Source of the DNA: Arcobacteraceae bacterium
GTDB lineage: Bacteria > Campylobacterota > Campylobacteria > Campylobacterales > Arcobacteraceae
NCBI GenBank assembly: GCA_965224485.1
Contig: CBDCZH010000015.1
Coordinates: forward strand, 352,001 to 416,000
Length of the DNA: 64,000 bases
Direction: 5' to 3'
Shown here piece after piece: positions 1-9,964 of the stretch (the stretch's first letter is position 1; each line of letters starts with the position of its first letter). The notes beneath the pieces were generated by a model. The model made no database searches. It worked only from the letters and a program-made list of their open reading frames with translations, and had not been told where the DNA came from. Made by a program: the position numbers and the translations under genes.

Positions 1-1
1 A

Positions 2-598
2 TACTCAAAAAACTTAGTCTTTTTAGCTAAGGACATAAAAGTAATAAACTCTTCCCCTTATAAAAAGCAGATTCTTAAAAGAATAGAAAACTATGAAAAC
101 CTTAAATACAAGATAAAAGATTTTTCAGTTATACGAAAACTGTCTCATATAAACAGTTTTTATAATAAAATTTTGCCACAAAATGATAAACAAAAATATG
201 GAATAAACGATTTTTGGAGTACAAGAAAAGAGTTCTTAATAGCAGGAAAAGGTGACTGTGAGGATTATGCAATTGCAAAGTATTTTTCACTTATTGAAGT
301 AGGTATTCCTAAAGAAAAACTTTATTTAGCAATAGTTAAAGTAAAAGGTGCCCCAAGTGATCATATGGTTTTATTTTATTTGAAAAATAAAAATACGATT
401 CCTTTAGTAATAGATAATCTTAGTTTCAAAGTAGTTCCTTTAACTAAACGTAAAAAACTAGAACCAGTTGTAATTTTTAATGAAAATGATTCTTATGTTT
501 TAAAAAACTCTTTTTTAAGTAAAAAAGTAAAAATCAATTGGGAAAATAATAATAAATGGGCAAAGCTTTTAGAAAAAGTTTATAAATATAACAGATAA
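2..598 (+). CDS. Transglutaminase-like cysteine peptidase (BTLCP/LapG-like), 5' end outside window
   Basis: GDCEDYAIAKY motif, later His (DHMVL) and Asp (VIDN). The frame of ORF 173..598 is open back to position 2. Confidence 0.85.
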   Translation, partial: YSKNLVFLAKDIKVINSSPYKKQILKRIENYENLKYKIKDFSVIRKLSHINSFYNKILPQNDKQKYGINDFWSTRKEFLIAGKGDCEDYAIAKYFSLIEVGIPKEKLYLAIVKVKGAPSDHMVLFYLKNKNTIPLVIDNLSFKVVPLTKRKKLEPVVIFNENDSYVLKNSFLSKKVKINWENNNKWAKLLEKVYKYNR

Positions 599-1152
599 TC
601 TTCTATAATATCCATTCCAATCATTGCATTTAATAAGGCTATTTTTTTAGCTTCTTGTAACATTTTAAGGCTAATATCTTTTTCAAATATTTCACCTTTT
701 TCTAATAATCTTGCTCTTGTAGTTCCTTCTAAAAGAGGTGTTTTAGGAGTAATCCATGAAGTTCCATCATAAATTGCTATATTTGCTATTGAGGTATCAC
801 TTATAAAAGAATTTTTAATTATTATAATTTCATTAGCATTTTTCTTTTTAGCATAAAGCTTATTTATTTCATCTCTGTTTTGAGCTTTTTTATCATAAAA
901 TATATTATCATCATAAAGTATTTTAAACGATTTTATCTCTTTTTTTTCATACTTAGAAAATATTACTTCTTCTATTCCTTCATTTGAATATAGTACCTTG
1001 CATTTCAATAACTCTTTTGAAGGAGGATAAATATATTCATTTAAATACAAATTTATACCAATTGTTTTAGCTACTCTTTTATTATGATAAGTTAAATTAC
1101 ATACTTCATAATCATTACATTTTATAGTTTCAAAATATATTTCTTTTTCCAA
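580..1152 (-). CDS. pabC: Aminotransferase class IV / 4-amino-4-deoxychorismate lyase-like
   Basis: DTSIANIA and TPLLEGTTRARLL motifs; pabB lies nearby. Confidence 0.75.
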   Translation of the reverse strand: MEKEIYFETIKCNDYEVCNLTYHNKRVAKTIGINLYLNEYIYPPSKELLKCKVLYSNEGIEEVIFSKYEKKEIKSFKILYDDNIFYDKKAQNRDEINKLYAKKKNANEIIIIKNSFISDTSIANIAIYDGTSWITPKTPLLEGTTRARLLEKGEIFEKDISLKMLQEAKKIALLNAMIGMDIIEDYLLYL

Positions 1153-1221
1153 AATTATCTCTTTTATTTTAAATCTTAGTATTCTTGTTATAATAGCAAA
1201 AAAAACTAGCTTGGAAATAAA

Positions 1222-1992
1222 TTGATTGAAATAAATAAAACTTTAGCAAAATATGAAAACTTTGATGATACTTATAAATATGCTTTTATAGGAATTCCAA
1301 AAGGCTGTGGGGGACTTAAATCAGCTTTTTTTGGAACACTAGATACATTTAAAAAAGCATATCCAAACTTTATATGTAAAGAGAGTTTAAATACAATTTT
1401 TTATATGCATGGTTCTATTGGTTTATCAAAAGGAGAAGTATTTAGAAAATGGTTTGTGCAAGATGGTAACTTTATATTTTTTGCGCCTAACTCTTTTAAG
1501 ATTAAAAATAGACCTACATATAAAAGTCCAGCTAAAATTTCACAATATCAAAAAGTTCATAAACTTAGACAGGCTGAAATTTATTACTCTTTGAAAAAAC
1601 TAAAAGAACTTAATTTCATAGATAAAAAGAAAATGTTTTTAATGGGTAATTCAGAAGGTGGATTAGCTGCCGCTTATTATAAAGGAAAAGAATTTAAAGC
1701 TAGAATTGTTACTGCTTTTTCATGTGAAGATGCTTATTATTCACAAGATTTTAAAATAGGTGCTAGAAAAAAAGATCCTTTTCTAAATATTATAGGAACA
1801 CATGACGAGTATTTTTCAAATGAATCGAAAACAAATCAAAACTATGAAGTTGAAGGTCATGGAACAAAAGCATTATTAAAATTTAAAAACGCGAAAATCA
1901 TCATACTTGCTCAAACTAAACATGATTTAACTCTTAATGCATACGTCAAAGAAGATATTATAAATTTTGTGAAATTTTGGACTAAGGATTAA
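1222..1992 (+). CDS. Alpha/beta hydrolase (dienelactone hydrolase-like)
   Basis: HG oxyanion motif (YMHGS), GNSEGG nucleophile elbow (GxSxG), later Asp (GTHDEY) and His (TKHDL). Confidence 0.7.
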   Translation: MIEINKTLAKYENFDDTYKYAFIGIPKGCGGLKSAFFGTLDTFKKAYPNFICKESLNTIFYMHGSIGLSKGEVFRKWFVQDGNFIFFAPNSFKIKNRPTYKSPAKISQYQKVHKLRQAEIYYSLKKLKELNFIDKKKMFLMGNSEGGLAAAYYKGKEFKARIVTAFSCEDAYYSQDFKIGARKKDPFLNIIGTHDEYFSNESKTNQNYEVEGHGTKALLKFKNAKIIILAQTKHDLTLNAYVKEDIINFVKFWTKD

Positions 1993-2027
1993 ACCTTAGC
2001 CAAAACATTTGTATACTAATCTATTTT

Positions 2028-3065
2028 TTACTTTTTTGATTTTTTACTAACAAAAACTTTAGCCACTTCTTTTGCATATTGTAATTCAGTTGTAATACCA
2101 ACACAAGAACAATTTATTTCAGATAAAACATATTTATCACTACCGTCTTTATTGTAATCTAAAATATAATCCATAGTCCATAAAAGAGGAAAGTTTTGTC
2201 CATTTAAATACTGTTTTAAATCTTTTAAACCATTCATTGTTAAAGTAACTACTTCTTTCCATTTTGGATCTTCTGGAGATTCATATTTATATTTTGCTCC
2301 TGAGAATAAAGTTGCAGAGAATTCACCCTCTTGTGGTTTTTTATGAACAACAGAAATTGCCTTATCATTTACTAATAAAACTCTAATCTCACCTTCTTTA
2401 ATTCGCTCTAAATATCTACAACCAACAAAACCAGTTTTTCCTTGAAAATAAGCAGCATATTCAGATACTGTTTCATCAAAATTTGGCTCAAATTTATGTA
2501 AGAATTCATTAATATCATCATAATAGTATTTTTGATTATTTACAGCTTCAACTGAGAAAATAGAACCATCTTCTTTTTTAGATACTAAATAAACACCCTC
2601 ACCTGTTGAACCATAATTTGTTTTTAAAACTCTTATTCCATGTTTGTCTAAATCAGATGGAAATCTTGTAGCGAAATCTGTATAAGTGTGATAAAAATAT
2701 GTTTCTTCATCACCTAGAGGTGTATTTTTTAACTTAGCTAAGATATCTTTAAAATCAAGATTTATCATAACATCTGGATGAGTATGAATTTGAACTCCAG
2801 CATTTCCTAGGGCTTTTAAAAATTGAAAATACTCATCAACCTCTTTTAAGTTTCCTGGATTGATTCTTGAGATAACTGCAACTGCTTTTTCTTTAAGATA
2901 TTCTAGTAAGTCATACTTTCTATTTGGTCTATAAAAAACTATTTCAGTTTTATAAGATGTTGCATCTTCAATTGCGTCTAAAATTGGTTTAGTATCTCCT
3001 CTAAAACCATCAAAACCTTTATCTGTACCTTTAGCGTATTCTATAACAAAAACTGTATTCTTCAT
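2028..3065 (-). CDS. Cj0069-family ATP-grasp protein
   Basis: SRINPGNL, LKTNYGSTGEG, GEIRV, KKPQEGEFSATLFSGA and EINCSCVG motifs recalled from the Cj0069 family. Confidence 0.8.
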   Translation of the reverse strand: MKNTVFVIEYAKGTDKGFDGFRGDTKPILDAIEDATSYKTEIVFYRPNRKYDLLEYLKEKAVAVISRINPGNLKEVDEYFQFLKALGNAGVQIHTHPDVMINLDFKDILAKLKNTPLGDEETYFYHTYTDFATRFPSDLDKHGIRVLKTNYGSTGEGVYLVSKKEDGSIFSVEAVNNQKYYYDDINEFLHKFEPNFDETVSEYAAYFQGKTGFVGCRYLERIKEGEIRVLLVNDKAISVVHKKPQEGEFSATLFSGAKYKYESPEDPKWKEVVTLTMNGLKDLKQYLNGQNFPLLWTMDYILDYNKDGSDKYVLSEINCSCVGITTELQYAKEVAKVFVSKKSKK

Positions 3066-3324
3066 TGTTTCTCCTTAAATATTGAGCGCATTATATTATA
3101 TTTAAAATTAAAATTAATTTAAATTTAAATTTTGTTTTAAGTTTTATATTGCAATAATAGAGGTTTTTCTTTTTCTAGAATTTATTTTATTTTAACTAGA
3201 CATTATTTTATAATGCTTTGGTAACATTTTAGGTACATTTATGTATAAGAAATATTTATTATAAAAGAATTGTAAAAAAATAATTTATGAGCTAAAAAAA
3301 GTTTGAAATTTGAAGATTATTTTA

Positions 3325-4276
3325 CTAAAAAGGAAGATAAATTTTATCTAAAAGTTCTTGATATTCAAAAAAGGCATTAGAATCAGAAGTAATTCCTCCT
3401 CCGCTTTTATAAAAGAGTTTATCTTTCTCTTTTTGAATGAATCTAATTAGCACACTAGAATCTAATGTTTTGCCATCATATACGCCAAATACACCAGTAT
3501 AAAAATCCCTATCATAGTTTTCTATATCTGAGAGTATTTCAATGGTTTTTTTCTTAGGACAGCCAGTTATTGAACCAGCAGGAAGAAGTGAAGATAAAAT
3601 TGTTCCGATATTTTCATGCCAAGAAGAGTCTAGGGTTCCTGAGATTTTGGAACTAGCTTGAAATAATTTTTTATTTCCAGCATTTATTTTATCAATATAT
3701 CTAAACTTATTTACTTTTACATCTTTTGCAAAAATACTTAAGTCGTTTCTTAATAAGTCGACAACCATAGTGTGTTCTGCAATCTCTTTTATATCACCTA
3801 AGAGTTTTGTTTTTGCATTAGGTAAAGAGGCATCAATGGTGCCTTTCATTGGATAAGTTGATATTTTATTTTTTTTTAATTTGAATAAATCTTTCAGGAG
3901 AAAAAGAGACAAATTCATCTTTAAACTTTAGTTTAAATTTTGAATTTGATTTCTCAAAAATTTCATCTAAACTATAAGAAGTATCAATTCTGCTTTTAGC
4001 GGTAAGATTTAGTAAGTATGCATTTCCTGCTTTAATATTATTATAAACTGCATTGAATTTTTTTTCATACTCATCAAAAGATAAGGGATATTTTTTTAAT
4101 TCATGAATTTTACTATTTTTTAAAACAAAATCTTTATTTATACTATATTTTATGCAAGAAGGTAAATCTTTTAATGTACTTATATAATACTTTGAACAAT
4201 CATAAGATATAAGAAAAAAAAATGGCTCTTTTTTTGAGCCATAAAAATTAAGTATGTTTATTAGTTTTGTATTCAA
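3325..4276 (-). CDS. pabB: Aminodeoxychorismate synthase component I, split by one frameshift (ORFs 3866..4276 and 3325..3918)
   Basis: SFSPERF, PMKGTI, AEHTMVVDLLRNDL, PAGSITGCPK and SGGGIT motifs; frame switch at the T-run ~3869-3877. Confidence 0.85.
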
Positions 4277-4282
4277 AAAATA

Positions 4283-5158
4283 TTATTTTATTAATTTATT
4301 TAAAATTGCCATTCTAATAGCAACACCATTTGTGACCTGCTCTAAGATTTTATTTCTCTTATCTTTTAACATTTCATCACTTATATCAACATTTCTATTA
4401 ACAGGCCCTGGGTGTAATAATAAAATATCACGAGAACCAAAAGTATCTTTAGTAATACAATAATCTTTTGCATACTCATTAATTGATTCAAAAAAGACTT
4501 CATTATGTCTCTCAAGTTGTGTTCTTAAACTCATTACAATATCAAGTTCATCTATTACTTCACTTATATGGTCATATTGTTTAAACTCATTGCTTTTACT
4601 TTTAAAACAATCAGGAGCAACAAAAACAAGGTCAAGTCCAAATCTTGGCAATAACTCTTTATTTGAACCTGCAACGCGGGAAGTACTTACATCTCCAACA
4701 ATTGCAATTTTTTTACCCTTTATTTCACCCTTAAAATGTTCTTTTATTGTAAATAAATCTAATAAAGCTTGAGTAGGATGAGCATTTGTTCCATCACCTG
4801 CATTTATTATTGGACATGATACATGTTCAATCAAACTTCCAGGAAGTCCACATTGTGAATGTCTTATAATAATAGCATCAGGTTTCATAGCATTTATATT
4901 AGCAACAGTATCAAAAATAGTTTCACCCTTGCTTCTTGAACTAGTTCCTACATCTAAAGATACAACTTGAGCACCTAATCTTTTTGCAGCAATTTCAAAA
5001 GCAGATCTAGTTCTTGTAGAATTTTCAAAAAATAGTGTTACTATTAATTTATCTCTTAAAGAATTATTTGAACTCAAATCTAAAAATATTTTAGCTTCTG
5101 TGAAAAGCTCCAGAATTTCCTCATTTGTAAAATCAGAAGTAGTAATTAAATGCTGCAT
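4283..5158 (-). CDS. pyrB: Aspartate carbamoyltransferase catalytic subunit
   Basis: FFENSTRTR, HPTQALLD and HPGP motifs; start moved to MQHLITT, which follows an AAGGA RBS. Confidence 0.95.
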   Translation of the reverse strand: MQHLITTSDFTNEEILELFTEAKIFLDLSSNNSLRDKLIVTLFFENSTRTRSAFEIAAKRLGAQVVSLDVGTSSRSKGETIFDTVANINAMKPDAIIIRHSQCGLPGSLIEHVSCPIINAGDGTNAHPTQALLDLFTIKEHFKGEIKGKKIAIVGDVSTSRVAGSNKELLPRFGLDLVFVAPDCFKSKSNEFKQYDHISEVIDELDIVMSLRTQLERHNEVFFESINEYAKDYCITKDTFGSRDILLLHPGPVNRNVDISDEMLKDKRNKILEQVTNGVAIRMAILNKLIK

Positions 5159-5374
5159 TTTAGTCCTTATTTTATTTCTGATTTTAGCAAAAAGCTCTTT
5201 AAAAAACATATAATTTAAAAGTATAAATAAATTTAATTTTTTTAGGTCATAAATAATTTACTAAAATAATATATTTATATTTATTTTATATTTTATAATA
5301 AAAAGCCTAGTAACCATTAATTCTTTGTTTATTATTTTTGATATAATCTTATTTATACATAAAAAGGTTTTAAA

Positions 5375-6560
5375 ATGAATATAGAAGAACTTGATAAAAA
5401 ATATGTACTTAATACTTATGCTAGAAATTATGTAAACTTTACAAAAGGTATTAATGCAACATTAATTGATGATACAAATAAAGAGTATATAGATTTTGCA
5501 GCTGGAATTGCTGTTGTTTCAGTAGGTCATGGAAATAAAAGAGTTGCAGATGCAATTTACAAACAAGTATCCAATATAACTCATGTTTCAAATCTTTGGG
5601 CAATAGAACCTCAAGCTCTTTTAGCTAAAAAAACTACATGAATTAAGTACTTATGATATAGCTACTTTTTTTGCAAACTCAGGAGCTGAAGCTAATGAAG
5701 GAGCTATTAAAATAGCTAGAAAATATGGTGAAACTAAATTTGAGAATAAAAAATATAAAGTTATTACTCTTACTCACTCTTTTCACGGAAGAACAATTAC
5801 AACTGTAAAAGCTTGTGGGCAAAAGAAGATGCACAGTGATAACTTTTCACCCTACCCTGATGGTTTTTCTTATACTCATTATTTAAAAGATATTTATACC
5901 GCAATTGATGATGAAACAGTGGCTGTTATGATTGAGCTTGTTCAAGGTGAAGGCGGAGTTCAACCAATGGATAAAAAAGAAGTTCAAGACTTAGCAAAAC
6001 ACTTAAAACAAAAAGAAATTTTACTTATTATTGATGAAGTTCAAACAGGAGTTTACAGAACAGGTGAGTTCTTAGCTTCAAATTTATATGAAATACAACC
6101 TGATATTATTACTTTAGCAAAAGGTCTAGGTGGTGGTGTTCCAATTGGAGCAGTTATGACTACACTTAAAGACATATTTAGCCCAGGTGATCATGGTTCT
6201 ACTTTTGGTGGAAATTACCTTTCTTGTACAGCTGCTTTAGAAGTTTTAGCCATTTTAGAGGAAGATAAAAATTCTGGTTCTTTAGATGAAACAATAATTT
6301 ATTTTAATACTAAACTAAAAGAGCTTTATGAAAAGAATACAGATATTTTTACAAAAGAAGTAGGATTAGGATTAATTAGAGGGTTAAGAGTAATAGACGA
6401 TTCAACACTTGAGAAGATAGTTAATAACTCTTTTGATGAAGGTTTATTAGTACTAAAAGCAGGAAAACATACCTTAAGATTTGTACCTCCTTTAACTATT
6501 AGTAAAGAAGAGATAAATAAAGGTTTTAAGAGGTTAGAAAATGCAATATCTAAGATTTAG
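5375..6560 (+). CDS. argD: Acetylornithine aminotransferase (class III), one frameshift
   Basis: IDFAAGIAV, NSGAEANE, SFHGRT, DEVQTG, AKGLGGG and HGSTFGGN motifs; frame switch at the A-run ~5627-5633. Confidence 0.9.
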
Positions 6561-7713
6561 TTTACTTCTTTGTATTTTATTTAACCAAGCACTTTTTGCA
6601 AAAGATGAGGATATTTTATCAAAAAGTAGGTTGCAAATATTTACTTATGATGAAAAGAAAAATAATGAAGATAGTGCAAGGTTAAGAAAAGATTGGATTA
6701 ATCCAATTATGTATTCTTATTCTAAGAATTATACTGACCTTTATGATACATCAAAATCTAAGATTTCTATATCTCAGCCTATTTTTAAAAGTGGTGGAAT
6801 TTTTGCAGCAATTTCTTATGCTAATTCTTTGCAAAAATATTCACACTTAGCAATAAACTTGCAAAAGAAAGCTATGATTAAAGATGCAACTACTACTCTT
6901 TTTAATATTAATAAAATTGATTTATCTATAAAAAAACAAGAACTTCTTTTAAAAAATGCCAATATTGATGTGCAAAGAAAAAAAGAACAAGTATTTAATG
7001 GTTTTTTAGATACTTCATATTTAGATAATGCTATTTTAGCTGCTAATACAAATAGTAACTTATTGGCTGAATTAAAATATCAAAAGTTTGAGCTAATAAA
7101 TGCTTTTTCAAATCTAGCAAGTGCAGATTATAAAAGTTTTGTACTTCCTGTTTTAAGTCTAATACAAGAAGATGAATATCTTAATAAGAATATACTAATT
7201 AAACAATCAGCTTATGACATAAAAAGTAAATACCAATTTAAAAATATGACTCAAGCTAGATATCTACCAACATTTAATTTAAATTATGATTATACAAAAT
7301 ACCATGAGATAGATAATAACAAAGCTTTAAATAAAGATGGAATTAAAACATATGGTTTTAGCATACAAATACCTCTTGATGTTAGAACTTTTAATGAAAT
7401 ACAAAGTTCTAAACTTTCATATTTAAAAGCAAAAGTTAATAAAGAAAATCTTATTTTAGAGCAAAAAAACTATTTTAATTCAAAAAAAGCAAAAATTGTT
7501 ATGTTAGAAGAAAAAACTGTTATTGCCAAAAGTGATTATAAACTATATAACTCTTTATTAGCTACTATTAGTGAAGAACAAGGCGCAGGATTAAAAACCC
7601 AAAGTGATGTTGATACCTTAAAAAATTCGCAAAAAATAAAAGCCCTAGAAATTAAGATACTTAACTACGACAAACAAATAGAATTATTAGATTTATACGC
7701 ATATATAAACTAA
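6541..7713 (+). CDS. TolC-family outer membrane protein
   Basis: Signal peptide; ISQPIFKSG and ARYLPTFNL..IQIPL outer-membrane efflux repeat patterns. Confidence 0.75.
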   Translation: MQYLRFSLLLCILFNQALFAKDEDILSKSRLQIFTYDEKKNNEDSARLRKDWINPIMYSYSKNYTDLYDTSKSKISISQPIFKSGGIFAAISYANSLQKYSHLAINLQKKAMIKDATTTLFNINKIDLSIKKQELLLKNANIDVQRKKEQVFNGFLDTSYLDNAILAANTNSNLLAELKYQKFELINAFSNLASADYKSFVLPVLSLIQEDEYLNKNILIKQSAYDIKSKYQFKNMTQARYLPTFNLNYDYTKYHEIDNNKALNKDGIKTYGFSIQIPLDVRTFNEIQSSKLSYLKAKVNKENLILEQKNYFNSKKAKIVMLEEKTVIAKSDYKLYNSLLATISEEQGAGLKTQSDVDTLKNSQKIKALEIKILNYDKQIELLDLYAYIN

Positions 7714-7727
7714 ACTTTTTCATATAA

Positions 7728-7762
7728 AATTAAGAAAAGAGTATAAATTTCTTTTCTTAATT
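7728..7762. terminator. Hairpin between convergent genes
   Basis: aattaagaaaaga ... tcttttcttaatt inverted repeat. Confidence 0.6.
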
Positions 7763-7770
7763 TTTTCTTT

Positions 7771-8968
7771 CTACTTATAACATCTATAAATGATATAAAC
7801 TACAAATAGCATTGCTAAAAACTCAAATATAAACATTGCTTCATAAGATATATTTGAAACTATTAGTCCAGCAAAAATAGCTGAAATTATTCTAGTAAAA
7901 GAGAAAATACTTGACTGAATTGCATAATCAACTGCTCTTTGGCTTGGTCTTGAATAATCCATCATCAATGAGAAAATAATACAAGAAGAAAAAGCAATCG
8001 ATATAGCAGTAAAAGTAATTGCTACAAGCAATAAACTTCTTGTAAGTTCATAATGTTCAATAAAAACAAGAAGAAGTACACAAAATAAACTACACATAGC
8101 AAAACTCAGTAATACTACTTTTTTTACTTAGTTTTCTTAATATAATACTAGCTAGGAGTGAGGATATAAAACCTATAATGCTTCCATATATTCCTACATA
8201 AATAGCAACCTCATCAGCTTTTATACCCTTACTTATTAAATATGGTTTCATAAAAATCCATACAGCACTTATAAATGCAAAATAAAAAGCTAAGATAAAT
8301 ATCCAAATACTTATATCTTTTTGTTTAAAAAATGAGCCTATACTTTTTAAAGATATTTTTTCTTTTTTTACTTCTTCATCACTCTCTTTTATAAAAACTA
8401 AGATAAATAAAGAACTTAAAACAAGTAAAGACATAATGATAAACGTATTACTCCATCCAAGGTGATTATAAAAGAGCAAGAACACACCTCCACCTAAGAT
8501 TCCTGCTATAAAATAAGAGCTAGACTTATAAGAACCTGCTTGCAATCTTTCTTCTTTAGTAAATACTTTTATGGCTAAAGCATTTAAAGGAATATCAATA
8601 AAAGTTGATATAAAAGTAGTTAACATCACAAAGAGAAAAACTATATAAAAGTTGTTTTCTAAAGATAAGAAACTTAAAGTAAATAGAAGTATAGAATAAA
8701 CTATACCTATACCAAGTATCCATTTTTTATAATGGTTCTTTTTAAATACATAAGTATCAATAGGAGGAGAAAGTAAGAACTTAATAACAGCTGGCAAACC
8801 AACTATTTGAAATATACCTATAAGAGAAGAACTGAATCCCTTAATTTGAAGTATCATTGGAAGCCCCAGCATAAAAAACAAAAAAGGGGCTAAAAAGGAA
8901 CTATATAAGACTACAAATAAAATATTCTTCTTAAGTAAAGTTATATTCATTTCTCTACTTTTTAGCAA
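7771..8968 (-). CDS. MFS permease, AmpG/RhtX/FptX-like (siderophore), one frameshift
   Basis: GLPMIL, KFLLSPPID, KKWI and IDIPLNALA motifs; C-terminal MMDYSRP..DYAIQSS in ORF 7771..8097; shift at the T-run ~8119-8125. Confidence 0.75.
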
Positions 8969-9953
8969 TATGTATTTGTGTATTTGTCATTGGAAAAACA
9001 GAAGTCTTAAAAGAATTTATACTCTTAAAACCAGTTTCTTCAAAAATATTTGATAATTCATTTGGTTTTAATATCTGTCTTCCTTGAAGATTTAAACCTA
9101 AAAAATAAAAGAAACTATCTTCATATTCGTTTATTTCTTCTCCTATTTCTACATGAGCACTAAGTAAAATTCCATTTGGCTTTAAAGCTTTATATATTTT
9201 TTTAATAACTTCATCTTTATTATCTAAAAAGTAAAAAATATTGCTGCACCAAATTAAATCATAATTAGATCCAATATCATCTGTTTGTATATTACCACTT
9301 AAGACTGATACTCTATTTTCTAAACCATACTCTTTTATACTCTCTAAAGCAGTATTTGTAACTAAAGGAAAATCAAATAATACAGCTTGTATATTTTTAT
9401 TTGCTTTTGCTATTTCTAGTCCTAACACACCAGATGAGCAACCAAGATCTAAAATTTTTTCCATTGAGTCAAAGTTTTTTAAATCTTTTACTATACTTAC
9501 AACATCTTTACTTAAAAGATTTTTTTGCTCTTGTTTTAAAAAGTTTTTTGAAACACTTGCCCATTTTTGAGGTATTTTTGTTTTAGCTATGTCTTTATCT
9601 CCTTTTAGTACTAATTCATTCATAGCTTTTCTGCCATTAGTTAACATCTCTTTCCTATGCATGAAAACATCCCCACAATAGCTATCCAAGCCATATAAAA
9701 AATAATCTTTAGTAATCTTTTCATTTTTATAAAAATCCTTATTATCTTTAGATATAAGACCTATCATTACTAAAGATTCTAAAAGTATTTTTGTATTCTT
9801 AGAGTCGGTTTCTAGCTCTTTTACTAATACACTTAAACTCATATTCTTTTTTTCTAAAAACATAAATAGTTTTAATTTTAAAGCAATCGCCAAAACCTCT
9901 GTTTTATTTTGTTCTAGTAACATTTTTAAATATTTATTAATTCCATTTTCCAT
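8955..9953 (-). CDS. SAM-dependent O-methyltransferase family protein with N-terminal dimerisation domain
   Basis: ILDLGCSSG motif I, LFDFP, YDLIWCS, ALKPNG. Confidence 0.8.
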   Translation of the reverse strand: MENGINKYLKMLLEQNKTEVLAIALKLKLFMFLEKKNMSLSVLVKELETDSKNTKILLESLVMIGLISKDNKDFYKNEKITKDYFLYGLDSYCGDVFMHRKEMLTNGRKAMNELVLKGDKDIAKTKIPQKWASVSKNFLKQEQKNLLSKDVVSIVKDLKNFDSMEKILDLGCSSGVLGLEIAKANKNIQAVLFDFPLVTNTALESIKEYGLENRVSVLSGNIQTDDIGSNYDLIWCSNIFYFLDNKDEVIKKIYKALKPNGILLSAHVEIGEEINEYEDSFFYFLGLNLQGRQILKPNELSNIFEETGFKSINSFKTSVFPMTNTQIHIAKK

Positions 9954-9964
9954 TATAATCCTTA

